In this document: piece after piece, positions 13,137-26,671 of the stretch
Layout of the letters: every line of letters begins with the position of its first letter
Position numbering within the stretch: position 1 is the stretch's first letter
From: Anolis carolinensis
Taxonomy: Eukaryota
Direction of reading: 5' to 3'
DNA length: 64,000 nt
Assembly (NCBI RefSeq): GCF_035594765.1
Contig: NC_085846.1
Coordinates: 100,241,190-100,305,189, forward strand
Translations under genes and position numbers: made by a program
Notes under the pieces: model-generated
What the model saw: the letters and a program-made list of their open reading frames with translations, nothing else
Told to the model about the DNA's origin: nothing
Databases searched by the model: none

Positions 13137-16100
13137 TACAAGATAGATCTGGTCAGGAGGATGGCAAAACAATGTTTGAGAGAGAAAAGCACCACAAAGC
13201 TTCATAAAGAAGCCAGTAGGCAAATAGAGCATTGATAATTGGCAACAGGATAAAGAGATGAAGTGCAAGCTGCACCCGTTTTTCCACCCACAAATAATTT
13301 GAAAATGCACTGGCACCCTTATGAACTGCTCTCTTTCAAACGGATGACAGAGCGGCCATTGATACTATGGAAGGACAGATAAAACTCAGGATCGCCTAAA
13401 AACAAACATCAGTCCAGAGTGGAAGCAAAGATGTTAGATGATAATAATATTTAATCATGTTGAAATCTCTTCTTGACCAATGCACTACAGTACTTTCCAT
13501 ATCACTGCACACAGTCCAAAAAGACCTGACCCAGGAAAGGGGATTTTTGCATGGAATTAATGTGTTGCATTAAAAAGGGCTGAGTTTTCATATTGTTGTG
13601 GGAATGTCAGTGTTTTCAGAAATAAAGTATGCAAGACCCAAGAACTGAAACCAGAGTCTTAGTTATTTCAGTTATTATTTTCCTCATGTCTCAGTGGACA
13701 GAAGGTAACCTACGGATCATGACCAGATTCTGTTGGGCCCATCTCTGGCAGGGATTCTTACAAAAAATATTAGACTAAGCATGACCTGGCATGTCCTATA
13801 CTTTGAGCTAGCCACACTTTATTTTTAAGAGTTTCTGATCACAAAATCTTAATTTGCAAATTTAATATACATTAGTAGGCATTTTAGCATTTTAAAATAG
13901 TACAGCACATCACTGTGCAATCAGTCCATTCCTGCCTCATAAAGCCGCTGATTCAGCTACTACATTACGATTACAAAATAAGAACACTTGGTGTATGTCG
14001 TATTTCCTCAGGACCAAGTAAGACCTATAACTGGGAAGAAACGTTTAGAATCTATTAAAACCATTCCATATTCTCCCTTTTTTTAAAAAAGGATTAGCCA
14101 GTCCTATACCCAAGCATGGTTTGGGAGCACAAAGAAGTGCACAGTATATATGTTTCATAAAAATCAATAAGGTTTTATTTGCATTATTAGTAGCCAAATG
14201 ATGAAAAGCGTGGAAAGAAAGATCAATTAAGTAGTTCACGGCTATTAGGTTTTCTGCCACCCACCTGCACCATCATCCTGTTGCCTGCAGTTAAGTGCAC
14301 ATTTATTTTATTACAAACTGTCTCCAGTCAACCACAAGCCCTGCCCAGCACACAGTGGGTAAAATCACGAATGAAGCCTGAATAGATCAGTGTAAGACAA
14401 TATATATCACTAGCAAAATGTTAGTCAGAAGTCTTAATAGATCCTGTAGAAGTAAATGATTACAGCATCCAATACTCTCTCCATTTCTCTCGGTTTATAA
14501 ACATTTTAAAAATAGCAGTAGAGCTCTGTTTATATTTGTCTGATTGTAAAATAAATTATCCCCCTCTATTTCATCTAGATATGTTTTTATCTATTTCCAC
14601 AATAGTGAAGCCTATAAAACAAGATTTGGAAATTTAAGACAGATTTACAAGAACACAGCTCTTACAATCTTTTCCCCATTACTCAAATCCTAAAATCCCC
14701 CACAGTATTTGCATTAGCTTCCCTTTATTTATATTCAGTTCCTCATGCCTCTTCCCCCATCCAACAGCTGACAGGCACTTTTAATTTCCTCAGCATTGTG
14801 GATTCTTTGAACCTCACTGGATCCTTTCAAGTACCTTCTACCAGCATTCCCTTTTCATTCCGTTCAGATAAGCGCTGATTACCTAGAAGGCTTATCTGAC
14901 CCAAAGGGCTAGGTGTGCTGCTATCTGGAATTCCGTTTGGTTGCTGCCTGCGTCACTGCACATGGGAGCCAGAAGCCACTTTCCAGTATAATACAATATT
15001 GGCAGCTACATCTTCAGCAGACAGAGACAGGGAATAAGATTCAAATCCAAAAGACTGAGAGCCAACCCTTTTCTGTCTTAAAATGATTAAATTTAGAATG
15101 AACGCTGCCAGCCTGCTTTAAGTCACACTTGTCCAAACAAAGAATGCAAGGTGTCAAATGTATCTTTCTAGTGAGACACTTCCAGCAGATCCTCCAATGT
15201 TTTGATTGAAGAGACAGCTGAGAGACAAAACCTGTTCTGTCTTCCACTTGGCAATGAAGAGTTGATGACACAATGAAGTCACTCTCCTTTGTTGGGGTGA
15301 ACACTGTACTCCCACCATATCTCCAAAAGGTACAGCATGATGCTGAAAGCTTGAAGGAGACCTCAGTTATGAAAATGTAGGTGTCTTAGACTGAGACGGA
15401 TTGACTAAGATTACCAAACCAGCAATTGAACAAATGTTTACCTGAGACTTACATCATACTGGGACTTACATCTGAGCAGACTCACTTCAGCTCACAGTGC
15501 TAGTGAATTTCAGTGCTCAGGATGGGTTTGAGTCAAGGCCTCCCCCTTCATGCCAATTAATCTAACCACTACAATGATGCTGTCTTATGTCTGTTACATC
15601 CACACTAAAATTATTGCACTGTGTAAGTATATTTGTGGATTCAAGTTATCTGTTGATTTATGGTGACCAATGAGTTTCATAGGTTTTCTTAAACAAGGAA
15701 TACTCGAAGGTGGTTTTACCAGTTCCTTCATCTGAAATATAGTCTACAGCAACTGGCATTCATTGACATTCTCCCATTCAAGTACTAACCACGGCTAATA
15801 CTGCTTAGCTTCCAAGATCAGTTCTGGTGCAAAAAAAGTTACACTAAAATATTTAGCAAAACTATTCCAAATCTATTTAGAGTCAGCCCTGAATATCCAC
15901 AGATTAGGCATCTACCACCCATAGCTTGAAAATGTTCGAATCCAAAAAGAAAACCTTGATTTTTGTCACACCATTTTACTATGTTATTGTATATGCCAGT
16001 ATTTGAGCATCCATGGATTTTGGAAAGCACAGGGTCCTGGAACCAAACCCAGGTAGATGCCAAGGGCTCACTGTTTGTTGTAGCCATAAATCTCCGGTTC

Positions 16101-18826
16101 TCTACTGTGCCTGTACTTTGTAAGGTTAGGAAAAGAACATCTTTGTCAATGAGAAAAAAAATTCAGTTAAGACTAACGTAGACACCAGTTCCATGAACTT
16201 CCTTACCAGCCCTCAGGATATACACACAGACACCCAGCACTGCCTTGCCTTGTGTGTCACACACTCTAATCCTAGGGCAGCCCCGTCAGCAGAGACATTG
16301 ACACTACAAGCAAATCAATCCTCTCAAAAAGTAATCTCTGCACTAGTCCAACTGCAGGACAGATGGCTTTGTACAACTGCTGATATAACTCTGTCTTACA
16401 CTAAAAATCAAATCGGTATTATCAACTCATTTATCACTTTAATACAGAATTGGGCTAAACCCACATAAAGCAGAAAAAATTAGGGATTAGCCTAAAAGAT
16501 GCCATTCAGTTCTTTCTTGTATACCTTAACATCAAGAGACACCTTTCCCCTCTCCTTTATTCACCAATTGTTAACCTCCAGTTTTGCTTTCAAAATACGA
16601 ACACCAGGCTGTGTGTGATTAAATGAGTTACTATTAGTCTTTAAATAAACTTTTCTGCTTCAGAGTAAAGCCTGTGCCCTTTTGAAACCATTTTGAAAAC
16701 AGCCAGCAATACCACACAGGTCTGCCAAAACTTCATCCAACAGAGAAGGAAGGGGTAACCGCACACCAAACAGGTCAAAACATGTGCTGCGGTTGCCACA
16801 CCACTGAATGTGTCATATCTCCCATGAGAATAACCAAAAGGAACCTTGCCTTAAAAAAAAAAGCATTTGTATCAGCAGCTTTCTTTGGGTGGAGCAAGAA
16901 CTCTTTGAAGCAGAAAAACAGTTCAGCTCTTATCACTGTAAATATATCGAGAAGAGTTCAAACTCTGGCTGCTGACATTTCCAAGAGTTAAAACTTGCTC
17001 TCCCTCAAGGACTTTCTGAGTAAATTCCAATGAAGTCTAAACAGGAAAAACATAGTCCTCCTTTACAAAGTAATATCCAGACTACATGTTAGGTTGTATG
17101 AATTATGATAGATTTTACCCCTCATCCTTCACAACTTTTTCCTCTGATATGCAAAACATACTATTTCAGGCATGTGTTTATAACCGCATTTTACCATAAA
17201 GTCTACTGCTGACATTACTGATCTACCCCAGTAGGATTTCCACACCTCCTAAATTAGATGGGTTTAAAGGTAAGTGAAAAATGTTATGCAATTTCCAGAT
17301 ACAGAAAAAGATTTAACTAAATTATCTGTCCAAGCAAACCAGCAATACAACTAAAGTGCCCTTTCCTCGCCTGAGAGATGCCTGGCCCTGTAATTTGTTT
17401 TTTGCCTTACTTATTAAGTTGCCATGCATAGTTTGGGTACAGGTAGATTACATATGAAAGATCTGAACCGCTTAGCATTTGTTTTCTGCAGTTAATTCAA
17501 GGTGTTAATTCTTAACTAAGTGTCTAAATGGCTTAGAGCCTGGTTATTTCTGAAGAGGAGCCTTGTTGAGTTATTACAATCAGCAGAAACCCATTTAGAG
17601 AGATGGACTATGACTCTGGAGGCCAGGATTCAAATCTACACTCAGTCATTGGATGGTCTTGGGCAAGTCTTACTCTCTCAGCGTGAAAAGGAGCCAAATC
17701 TGGCCAAGAAAATACCATGATAGGGCTGCCATGGGTCAGAAAACAAGTTAGGATTGGACCACATGCTCTCAGATTTTGGGGGCTGCAACACATCTTTTCA
17801 ACTTGCCCCTTTACATTACTTTTAGTCATTTCAATGTTGTTTTTAATGTGATTCCATTGCTGGTTTTTAAATATATATTATTACTGTTTACTTGAATTCT
17901 TGCATGCCACCTTGGTGACCTTCATAATTAATATGTTACGCTACGGAAGAAAATACCAATGAATCGAATACGTTTAAAAGTTAAGAAGCTTAACATAAGA
18001 ATTATGTTATCATGAGGATTCATAGAGGTAACAGGAAGGAAGGGCTTCCAGACTGTACAAGCCACAGGTTACCAGAAAATCCACAACTTCTTAATATATT
18101 GTGACCTCTTCTTCAGGAAATTAATAAAAAAGGAGGAAGGAAATGTGGGGGGGGGGGGGTAGGAAAAGAAATGTGGCAACATCTTCAAAACGAATTGGTT
18201 TTGATTTCTGCGTGAGTTTTTCTGGATATAAACCCATTTCTTTGGATGCACTACAGAGCAACAAATGTTATAGAAGCAGCATAGAGACGCCTTTAAAATG
18301 CCCACCAGATTACAGACTCTTTCCAACGGATCAGTTATATTACAATGCACTCTGAACAGTGAGACTGGCATCACAAAGAATGTTTAACTGTTTCAGTCAA
18401 GTAATACTAGTACTAGGCTAATTTACAGCCTCCCTCTATTCCAACATTGCCAATGATGCCTGATAAAATGTTTTCCTGCTTCTCAAAATGCTTTTAATAT
18501 ATATATAACACTTCTCATTAGCATTTCACAAACATTATCTCAATTCTTGTAAGAACCCTGTGAATTAAACTGGAATTATCCCCAATGGAGACAGAGAAAT
18601 AGCTGTTAGCCTAAAAATATTCAACTGACTGGTTTTTTAAGCAGGGACCTTTTAGCTGACAGCTCCCTCTCTTCATGATTGTGATACATCATATGCAAAT
18701 ACGATACAGCTTTCAAAAAGTTTCCTGCACAAGTTTCACTTTGACTACAATTGTTGAGTGCCATAAGTTTATTATTTGAGGTGGGGCTGTAATGAACAAT
18801 TTAAAAAACAAAGCTAAAGCAAAGAT

Positions 18827-18957
18827 CAGACATGGGCACAACTTCAGCCCTTCAGGTGCTTTGGGCTTCAACTCCCACAATCCCTAACAGCTGGCTGTTA
18901 GGAATTGTGGGAGTTGAAGTCCAAAACACCTGGAGGGCTGAAATTTGCCCATGCCTG
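18827..18957. mobile_element. Palindromic hAT MITE (TIR CAGGCATGGGCAAAC); family also at 21848-21964, 24256-24389, 24591-24725, 36775-36908, 37362-37466 and as partial copies
   Basis: Foldback ~134 bp; 8-bp TSDs on several copies (gtatagat, atctacat, tactatag/t). Confidence 0.85.
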
Positions 18958-19063
18958 TTTAGACCCTATCACTCATTTCATAGCTTCTCAGTATTTAAGG
19001 GTATCTGCATCACTTCACCTCCTATATCTGAACAAGTCCAGTATTAAGGTAGACTCTCTAGAG

Positions 19064-19337
19064 CAGGGGTCCTCAAACTTTTTAAGCCGAGGGCCGGTCC
19101 ACAATCCTTCAGACTGTTGAGGGGCCGGATTATCATTTGAAAAAAAAATACAACCAAATTCCGATGCATACTGGATATGTCTTATTTGTAGTGCAAAAAC
19201 AACAACAACAACAACAACAATGAAAGAACAATACAATATTTAAAAATAAAAACAATTTTACCAACATACATTTATCAGGATTTCAATGGGAAGTGTGGTT
19301 CTGCTTCTGGCCAATGAGATAGTCAAGTTAATTAGGG

Positions 19338-19383
<46 letters not shown>

Positions 19384-19826
19384 GTGCCTTCAAGTCATTT
19401 CAGACTTTGGGCGAGCCTAAGTCTAAAATTTATTTATTTATTTATTTATTTATTATTTACTGCATTTATTTACTACATTTGTATCACACCCTTCTCACCC
19501 CAAAGGGGGCTCAGAGTGGCTTACAAAGTATATGTACATACAATATATTATATTATTAGCATAGCACAATATTAGCATTATATATTACTATATTGAACTA
19601 TACCACTATACTGTAATATTATTAGTAATATTATATGTAATATAGAATATATAATTAATACTATTATATGGTATTATTATTAGTGTTATATTGTATTACA
19701 TTATAATATTATTATCAATATTATATGTATATACAATATATTATATTATAAAACTGAGGGCGGGGGCCAGGTAAATGACCTCGGAGGGCCGCATCCGGCC
19801 CCCGGGCCTTAGTTTGGGGACCCCTG
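19064..19826. mobile_element. Non-autonomous hAT (Charlie/OposCharlie1-like) with captured SINE tail, LINE tail and AT-rich segment
   Basis: TIR CAGGGGTCCTCAAACT / AGTTTGGGGACCCCTG; perfect 8-bp TSD ctctagag. Confidence 0.9.
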
Positions 19827-21652
19827 CTCTAGAGACTACATACCCTTTCCTCCCTGCTTGTACCTGCATCTCAATGGATACAGTCTGCATGCAATCCAGT
19901 TACACTTGGAGAGAGACTCCATGAAGAAACCCACATTCTGATATCGATTGCTTAAAAAGTTACTAGATATCACAGCAGCAGATACGTGTGTTTCAGCATA
20001 GACCTGGCACCAAATATTTGGAAAGGGGATTAATGTGTGGTGAAAAATAGCACAGGTAAGGAAGGAAGAATCCTACTAATGTACAGTCATTTTCTGCAAT
20101 TTCCTATTATTTTTCTCCTAGCCAGACACACACTGATATCTGAGTTCATCTGAGGAGAACTGCACCACAGGAGAACAGAGAATGAGGAGGTACCCTGCAG
20201 ACAGACACGACATTTCATGTACTTCTCAACAGACTTTTATACTTAATAAAAACAGATCCCCATGCTTTTATTTCCATGCAATTTATGTTTAAACAGTATT
20301 GTGCCACAGACACATGTATCTTGGCCTTTATATTAGCAAATAAAAAATCACAGAGAAGCAAAGACAATGCAAGGAGCAATGAGAGAGCCATATTGACTCC
20401 AGAATGCCATGTACACAAGTGAAAGTCTGGAGAACAGTGGAATTGTACATACAAAGACTAGAAAGACAGTTGATGCTGAACTCAGGGAACATTAGCAGGT
20501 ATTGGCTGGAGTCAGATAGACCTGCAGAGTGCAACAGGTTTCGTAAGTCTTTTATCTAGATAAAAATCCATGCAGAATTATGAAACTGTGGTTATCTAAA
20601 TATTGATCTGAACAGGTACGAAAGGTACAAAAATATTTCCAATTGAGACTGCAGCTGTAATCCTATACACATTTGTCAGGGAATGTTAATGTGACATCCA
20701 CACAGAGTTGTGCTGTGTAAGTTCAATTAGAACACATACAGATCTGTACATCTATGAGCATTTTCCCCCCGTTGAGGTGCAAATGGGTTTATATTATATC
20801 AGACACAAATATAAAAATGATTTCAGGGAGAATAGACAAAAACATTAAGGGAAAAAATGACATTCCTTTACTAAGTAACGAGGAGACTTAAAGATAATAT
20901 GATGTTAAAGTATATAGCTGTAGGTTGTTTTAATTATGGAAAAAAGCAAATCCATGCAATCAGAGGGATAAATGAGTGAGCTCTTTCTCCTGTTTGCATG
21001 CCTGGCAGTTCAATTCTCCCACATTCAGATCATTTCAGTATCGTTCAGCACAGCATCATGTCATGGACATAATTCATTTAGCCTTGGTAAAAATTACACG
21101 CCAAATATTAAACAAACAGCATCCCCAGAGAATTCATTTTGCGTTATTAAATTACATGAAGTCATTCATGAGGGAGAGTGTGTATGCGGCTGCATGCAGA
21201 AGAGAAAATAAAAGGGGGATTGCTTCTCTTTTCATAAATACGGGATTTCTTCCCATTGCTACGTGAGTGAATGTGCCAAGAAATTCAAGGATTGGATCTG
21301 CCCACTTGAATATCCCCCAAAAAGAAGCCTGGTGTCATTCTGCGCTCCCAGTTGGAGGCCAGCTTTATCACTGGATTTCAAAACGCACAAATACATGAGC
21401 ATTTTATCACTACCCCAAAGTGAAACTAATGGGGAAGGAAGGAGAAAGAGAACAAGTGAGAGAAAGAATGAGGAACCCAGCATGAGGAAGAAAAACAGAC
21501 AGCTACAGGCTCCGGATTAAAGCAGTGTACTGTTCCTCCCCAAACACAGCTCTGGACCCATCCAGAAACCCAACACAAGGAAGCCTGTCTCTTACTAAAG
21601 AACCCTAAAAGGCATACCCTTAGATACAAATTTCAGAAAAAAAACAGGCTAG

Positions 21653-21977
21653 AGGCACATCTGTACTACAGAACTGGTGCAGTTTGACACTGCTTAATAC
21701 TACGGGAATCTTGGGGTTTGTAGTTTGGTGAGACACTCATTGGCAGAGAAGATTAGAGACCTTGTAAGACGACAACTCCCGTGATCCCACGCACTGAGCC
21801 ATGGAAATTAAAATGGTGGCAAACTGCATTAACGATATAGTATAGATCAGGTATGGGCAAACTTTGGCCATTCAGGTGATTTGGACTTCATTGCCCACCG
21901 GCTGTTAGGAATTGTGGGAGCTGAAGTCCAAAACACGTGGAGGGCCAAAGTTTGCCCATGCTTGGTATAGATGCACT
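21653..21977. mobile_element. Harbinger-type MITE (TIR GGTGCATCTACAC) with a hAT MITE nested in its right TIR; family also at ~22000-22739, 24726-24910, 28345-28560, 33430-33648, 36668-37010, 37349-37668, 39748-40050, 40107-40343
   Basis: Recurrent body ...aatgcagtttgacaccactttaactgccatggctcaatgc...; TIR resemblance to reptile Harbinger MITEs (superfamily inferred). Confidence 0.7.
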
Positions 21978-22434
21978 CTAAGGTGGACCTGACTTGGGGT
22001 GCAGCCTACATGGTAGAATTATTGCGGTTCCACACCACTTGAACTGCCATGGCAGTTCATGCTATGTAACAATGGGAGTTGTGGTCAGTTAAGGCTGTAG
22101 AAATCTTTCGCAGAGAAGACTAAGGACTTTGTGAACCTACGAATCATAGAATTCCATAGCACTGAGCCATGGCAGTTTTATTACGCTTTTAAAATAATTA
22201 TTTTGTTTTAATATACTTGTTTTGGGGTATTTATTATATGTGTGCGTTGATGTTGTTTCATTCATTGATTTGATTTGGTTTTTGTTTTCATTACGGCATT
22301 GAATGTTTGCCACTTTTTGTTTGGAAACCGTCCTGAGTCCCCTCAGGGAGATAGGGTGGATTAGAAATAAAGTTGTTGTTGTTGTTATTATTATTATTAT
22401 TATTATTTAAATTATAATATAATGTAATTCTTAT

Positions 22435-22692
22435 GCGGCGGCGCAGTGGCACAATGGATTTAACCAGCTGAAGGTTGAGTTGCTGACCTGAAGGTTGCTG
22501 GTTTGAATCCACAAGATGGGATGAGCTCCCATCTGTCAGCTCTAGCTTGCGGGGACATGAAATAAGCCTCCCAGCAGGATGGTAACACATCCGGACATCT
22601 CCTGGGCAACGTCTCTGTAGACGGCCAATTCTCTCACAGCAGAAGCGACTTGCTGTATATTCTCAAGTCGCTTCTGACACGATAAAAAAAAT
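22435..22692 (+). mobile_element. tRNA-derived lizard SINE with poly-A end, preceded by a LINE 3' tail (22175-22410)
   Basis: A-box/B-box-like gtggcacaatgg...ggtttgaatcc; terminal hairpin agaagcgactt...aagtcgcttct and poly-A. Confidence 0.8.
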
Positions 22693-22739
22693 TATTACTA
22701 TGGCAGTTCAAGTGGTGTCAGAGTACAATAAGTGTAGAT

Positions 22740-23496
22740 CAGTGGTTCCCAACCTGTGATCCATGGACCCCCAGTGGTCCGCAAGAACTAAAATATGGTC
22801 CGCAGTCTCACCTTGCTACTACGGATAATAACAGCCCACCCAAAAAAAATTATTGGTGTCTTCATTTTTAGGCCTGTTTCTGGGATTATTTGGGGTGCTG
22901 ATTCAGAAAATTGCACTGGATAGAACACATCAGCTCTAAATTATTAAATATGGTTTTCTGTAGGCGAGCAGATGGGGACTACTGGATAGCATATACAGTA
23001 GAGTCTCACTTATCCAAGCCTCGCTTATCCAAGCTTCTGGATTATCCAAGCCATTTTTGTAGTCAATGTTTTCAATATATCATGATATCTTGGTGCTAAA
23101 TTCGTAAATACAGTCATTACAACATAACATTCCTACGTATTGAACTACTTTTTCTGTCAAATTTGTTGTATAACATGATGTTTTGGTGCTTAATTTGTAA
23201 AATCATAACCTAATTTGATGTTTAATAGGTTTTTCCTTAATCCCTCCTTATTATCCAAGATATTCGCTTATCCAAGCTTCTGCCAGCCTGTTTAGCTTGG
23301 ATAAGTGAGACTACTGTATTCTGTTTCAGAAACTAGAGCTGATGTCTATCCAATGCAATTTTCTGAATCAGAACCCCAAATAACCAAACTGAATCTAAAC
23401 TTCACAGAATTGGTAACCCTTTTGGTACTAATGTTGGAGAGTGGTCCCTGGTCCAAGTGGTCCCTGGCCAAAAAAAAAAAAGGTTGGGAACCACTG
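22740..23496. mobile_element. Non-autonomous hAT (TIR CAGTGGTTCCCAACC) containing a nested Tc1 MITE (22996-23316)
   Basis: Matching TIRs; imperfect TSD gtgtagat/gt-tagat. Confidence 0.85.
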
Positions 23497-23677
23497 GTTA
23501 GATGTACACTTGGAAGAATGGTGAAAATGTTTTGGGAAGAGGGAGGAGGAAGAAAAAGTCTAGTTTGGTTCAAAAGTTTAAGATAAGAGGGCAAACCAGG
23601 AAAAGAGAAGAACGGAGAGAGAAGAGAAATAAATAAAGAGGGAAAGGAACACAATGATTCAGAAGATGCACCTACAC

Positions 23678-24725
23678 CAGGCATTGGACAAGCGTCTCTT
23701 CTTTTGTATACAGTGCTTGCTTATTCCGATTTTACAGTCATTTTGTCGATTATTGGCCATTCCATGAGATGCAGGAAGTATTTCAAGTATTTCAAACTTT
23801 CAAGTGTATGTTTCTGTGTCAATGCATCCTCTCTGAACGCAGGCCATAAAGGTAACCTTGCTCTCCTGAAAACTATGCCAATGGGAAATATTTACAATCG
23901 CTTGCAGATTTTACCAACTTTGTAAGGTTTATATTCCTGGTTGTAATGTGAAATGGATATCTTCCATCCATGTACCTGCCTAAGTACGGTAAGTATTGGG
24001 CGGTTTCACACCAAACAATGCCAGGTTGGGGTGGCTGGGGTCCTAGAGCTGGCCTGGGCAAAGTCCTCATAAAACTACAATTCCTATTACTACAAAACAT
24101 TGAGCCATGGCAATTAAAGTGGTGTCGAACTGCATCAATCCTATAGATGCAGATACACCCATAGCCAGACATGGCAATACTAATACAAAATCTAATGTCG
24201 CCCAAATATCAATACAGATATCAATCACAGATATTCTGCTCTTATGTCATTAGTTCAGGCATGGGCAAACTTGGGCCCTCCAGGTGTTTTGGACTACAAC
24301 TCCCACAATTCCTAACAGCCGGTAGGCTGTTAGGAATTGTGGGAGTTGTAGTCCAAAACACCTGGAGGGCCCAAGTTTGCCCATGCCTGCATTATTTGCT
24401 ATGGCCAATTTGTCAGCAGATTTCCCAAGATCGACTTGAAACCAATGTATAGATCAGGCATTGGGCAAACTTGGGCCCTCCAGGTGTTTCGGACTGCAAC
24501 TCCCACAAAGTTTGCCCAATGCCTGATCTATACATTGGTTTCAAGTTGATCTTGGGAAATCTGCTGACAAATTGGCCATAGCAAATAATCCAGGCATGGG
24601 CAAACTTGGGCCCTCCAGGTGTTTTGGACTACAACTCCCACAATTCCTAACAGCCTACCGGCTGTTAGGAATTGTGGGAGTTGCAGTCCAAAACACCTGG
24701 AGGGCCCAAGTCTGCCCAATGCCTG
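23678..24725. mobile_element. Composite hAT-MITE-bounded element carrying duplicated unique DNA and a long palindrome
   Basis: Variant TIRs CAGGCATTGG...CCAATGCCTG; TSD acctacac (23670-77) / atctacac (24726-33); interior duplicated at 33548-34185. Confidence 0.65.
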
Positions 24726-24764
24726 ATCTACACTGTCCAATGAATGCAGCTTGGCGCCACTTTA

Positions 24765-25610
<846 letters not shown>

Positions 25611-25663
25611 GCTGGGAATATCTACACTGAAGTTTGAAACTGGATTATATCATCAGTGTAGAC

Positions 25664-26423
25664 AAGGCATGGGCAAACTTGGGCCCCCCAGGTGTTTTCG
25701 ACTGCAACTCCCACAATTCCTAACAGCCGGTAGGAGTCTACTATATACCATAGAACAGGCATGGGCAAACCTTGGCCCTCCAGGTGTTTTGGACTGCAAC
25801 TCCCACAATTCCTAACCAGGATAAGAATCAACTATATACCATAGAACAGGCATGGGCAAACTTTGGCCCTCGAGATGTTTTGGACTGCAACTCCCACAAT
25901 TCCTAACAGGGATAAGAATCTACTATATACCATAGAACAGGCATGGGCAAACTTTGGCCCTCCAGGTGTTTTGGACTGCAACTCCCACAATTCCTAACAG
26001 CTGGCAGGAGTCTAGTATGTACCATAGAACAGGCATGGGCAAACCTTGGCCCTCCAGGTGTTTTGCACTGCAACGCCCACAATTCCTAACAGCTGGCAGG
26101 AGTCTACTATGTACCATAGAACAGGCATGGGCAAACTTGGGCCCTCCAGGTGTTTTGGACTGCAACTCCCACAATTCCTATCAGCCGATAGTAGCCTACT
26201 ATGTACCATAGAACAGGCATGGGCAAACTTGGACCCTCCAGGTGTTTTGGACTGCAACTCCTACAATTCCTAACAGCCGATAGGAGTCTACTATATACCA
26301 TAGAACAGGCATGGGCAAACTTTGGCCCTCCAGGTGTTTTGGACTGCAACTCCCACAATTCCTAACAGCCGGTAGGCTGTTAGGAATTGTGGGAGTTGCA
26401 GTCCAAAACACCTGGAGGGCCAA
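25664..26423. repeat. Tandem array of 8 half-MITE units, period 91-92 bp
   Basis: Unit starts at 25664, 25756, 25847, 25938, 26030, 26122, 26214, 26306; linker tctactatataccatagaa. Confidence 0.95.
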
Positions 26424-26671
26424 GAGGCCTCACAGGTCATCCAGTCCAACCCCCTGCCAAGAAGCAGGAGAATCACATTCAAAGCACCCCCGACAGATGG
26501 TCATCCAGCCTCTGCCTAAAAGTCTCCAAAGAAGGAGCTTCCACCACACTCCGAGGCAGAGAGTTCCACCGCTGAACAGCTCTCACAGTGAGGAAGTTCT
26601 TCCTGATGTTCAGGTGGAGTCTCTTTTCCTATAGTTTGAAGCAATTGGTCCGCGTCCTAGTCTCCAGGGCA
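26424..26671 (-). mobile_element. CR1 LINE 3' fragment
   Basis: Typical CR1 end of ORF2 and 3' UTR (aggaagaacttcctcactgtgagagctgtt...ggttggactggatgacc). Confidence 0.85.

Noticed and set aside
25664-26423. Regularly spaced repeats resembling a CRISPR array
   Set aside because: The linkers are near-identical rather than unique spacers, the units are MITE halves, the context is eukaryotic and there are no cas genes
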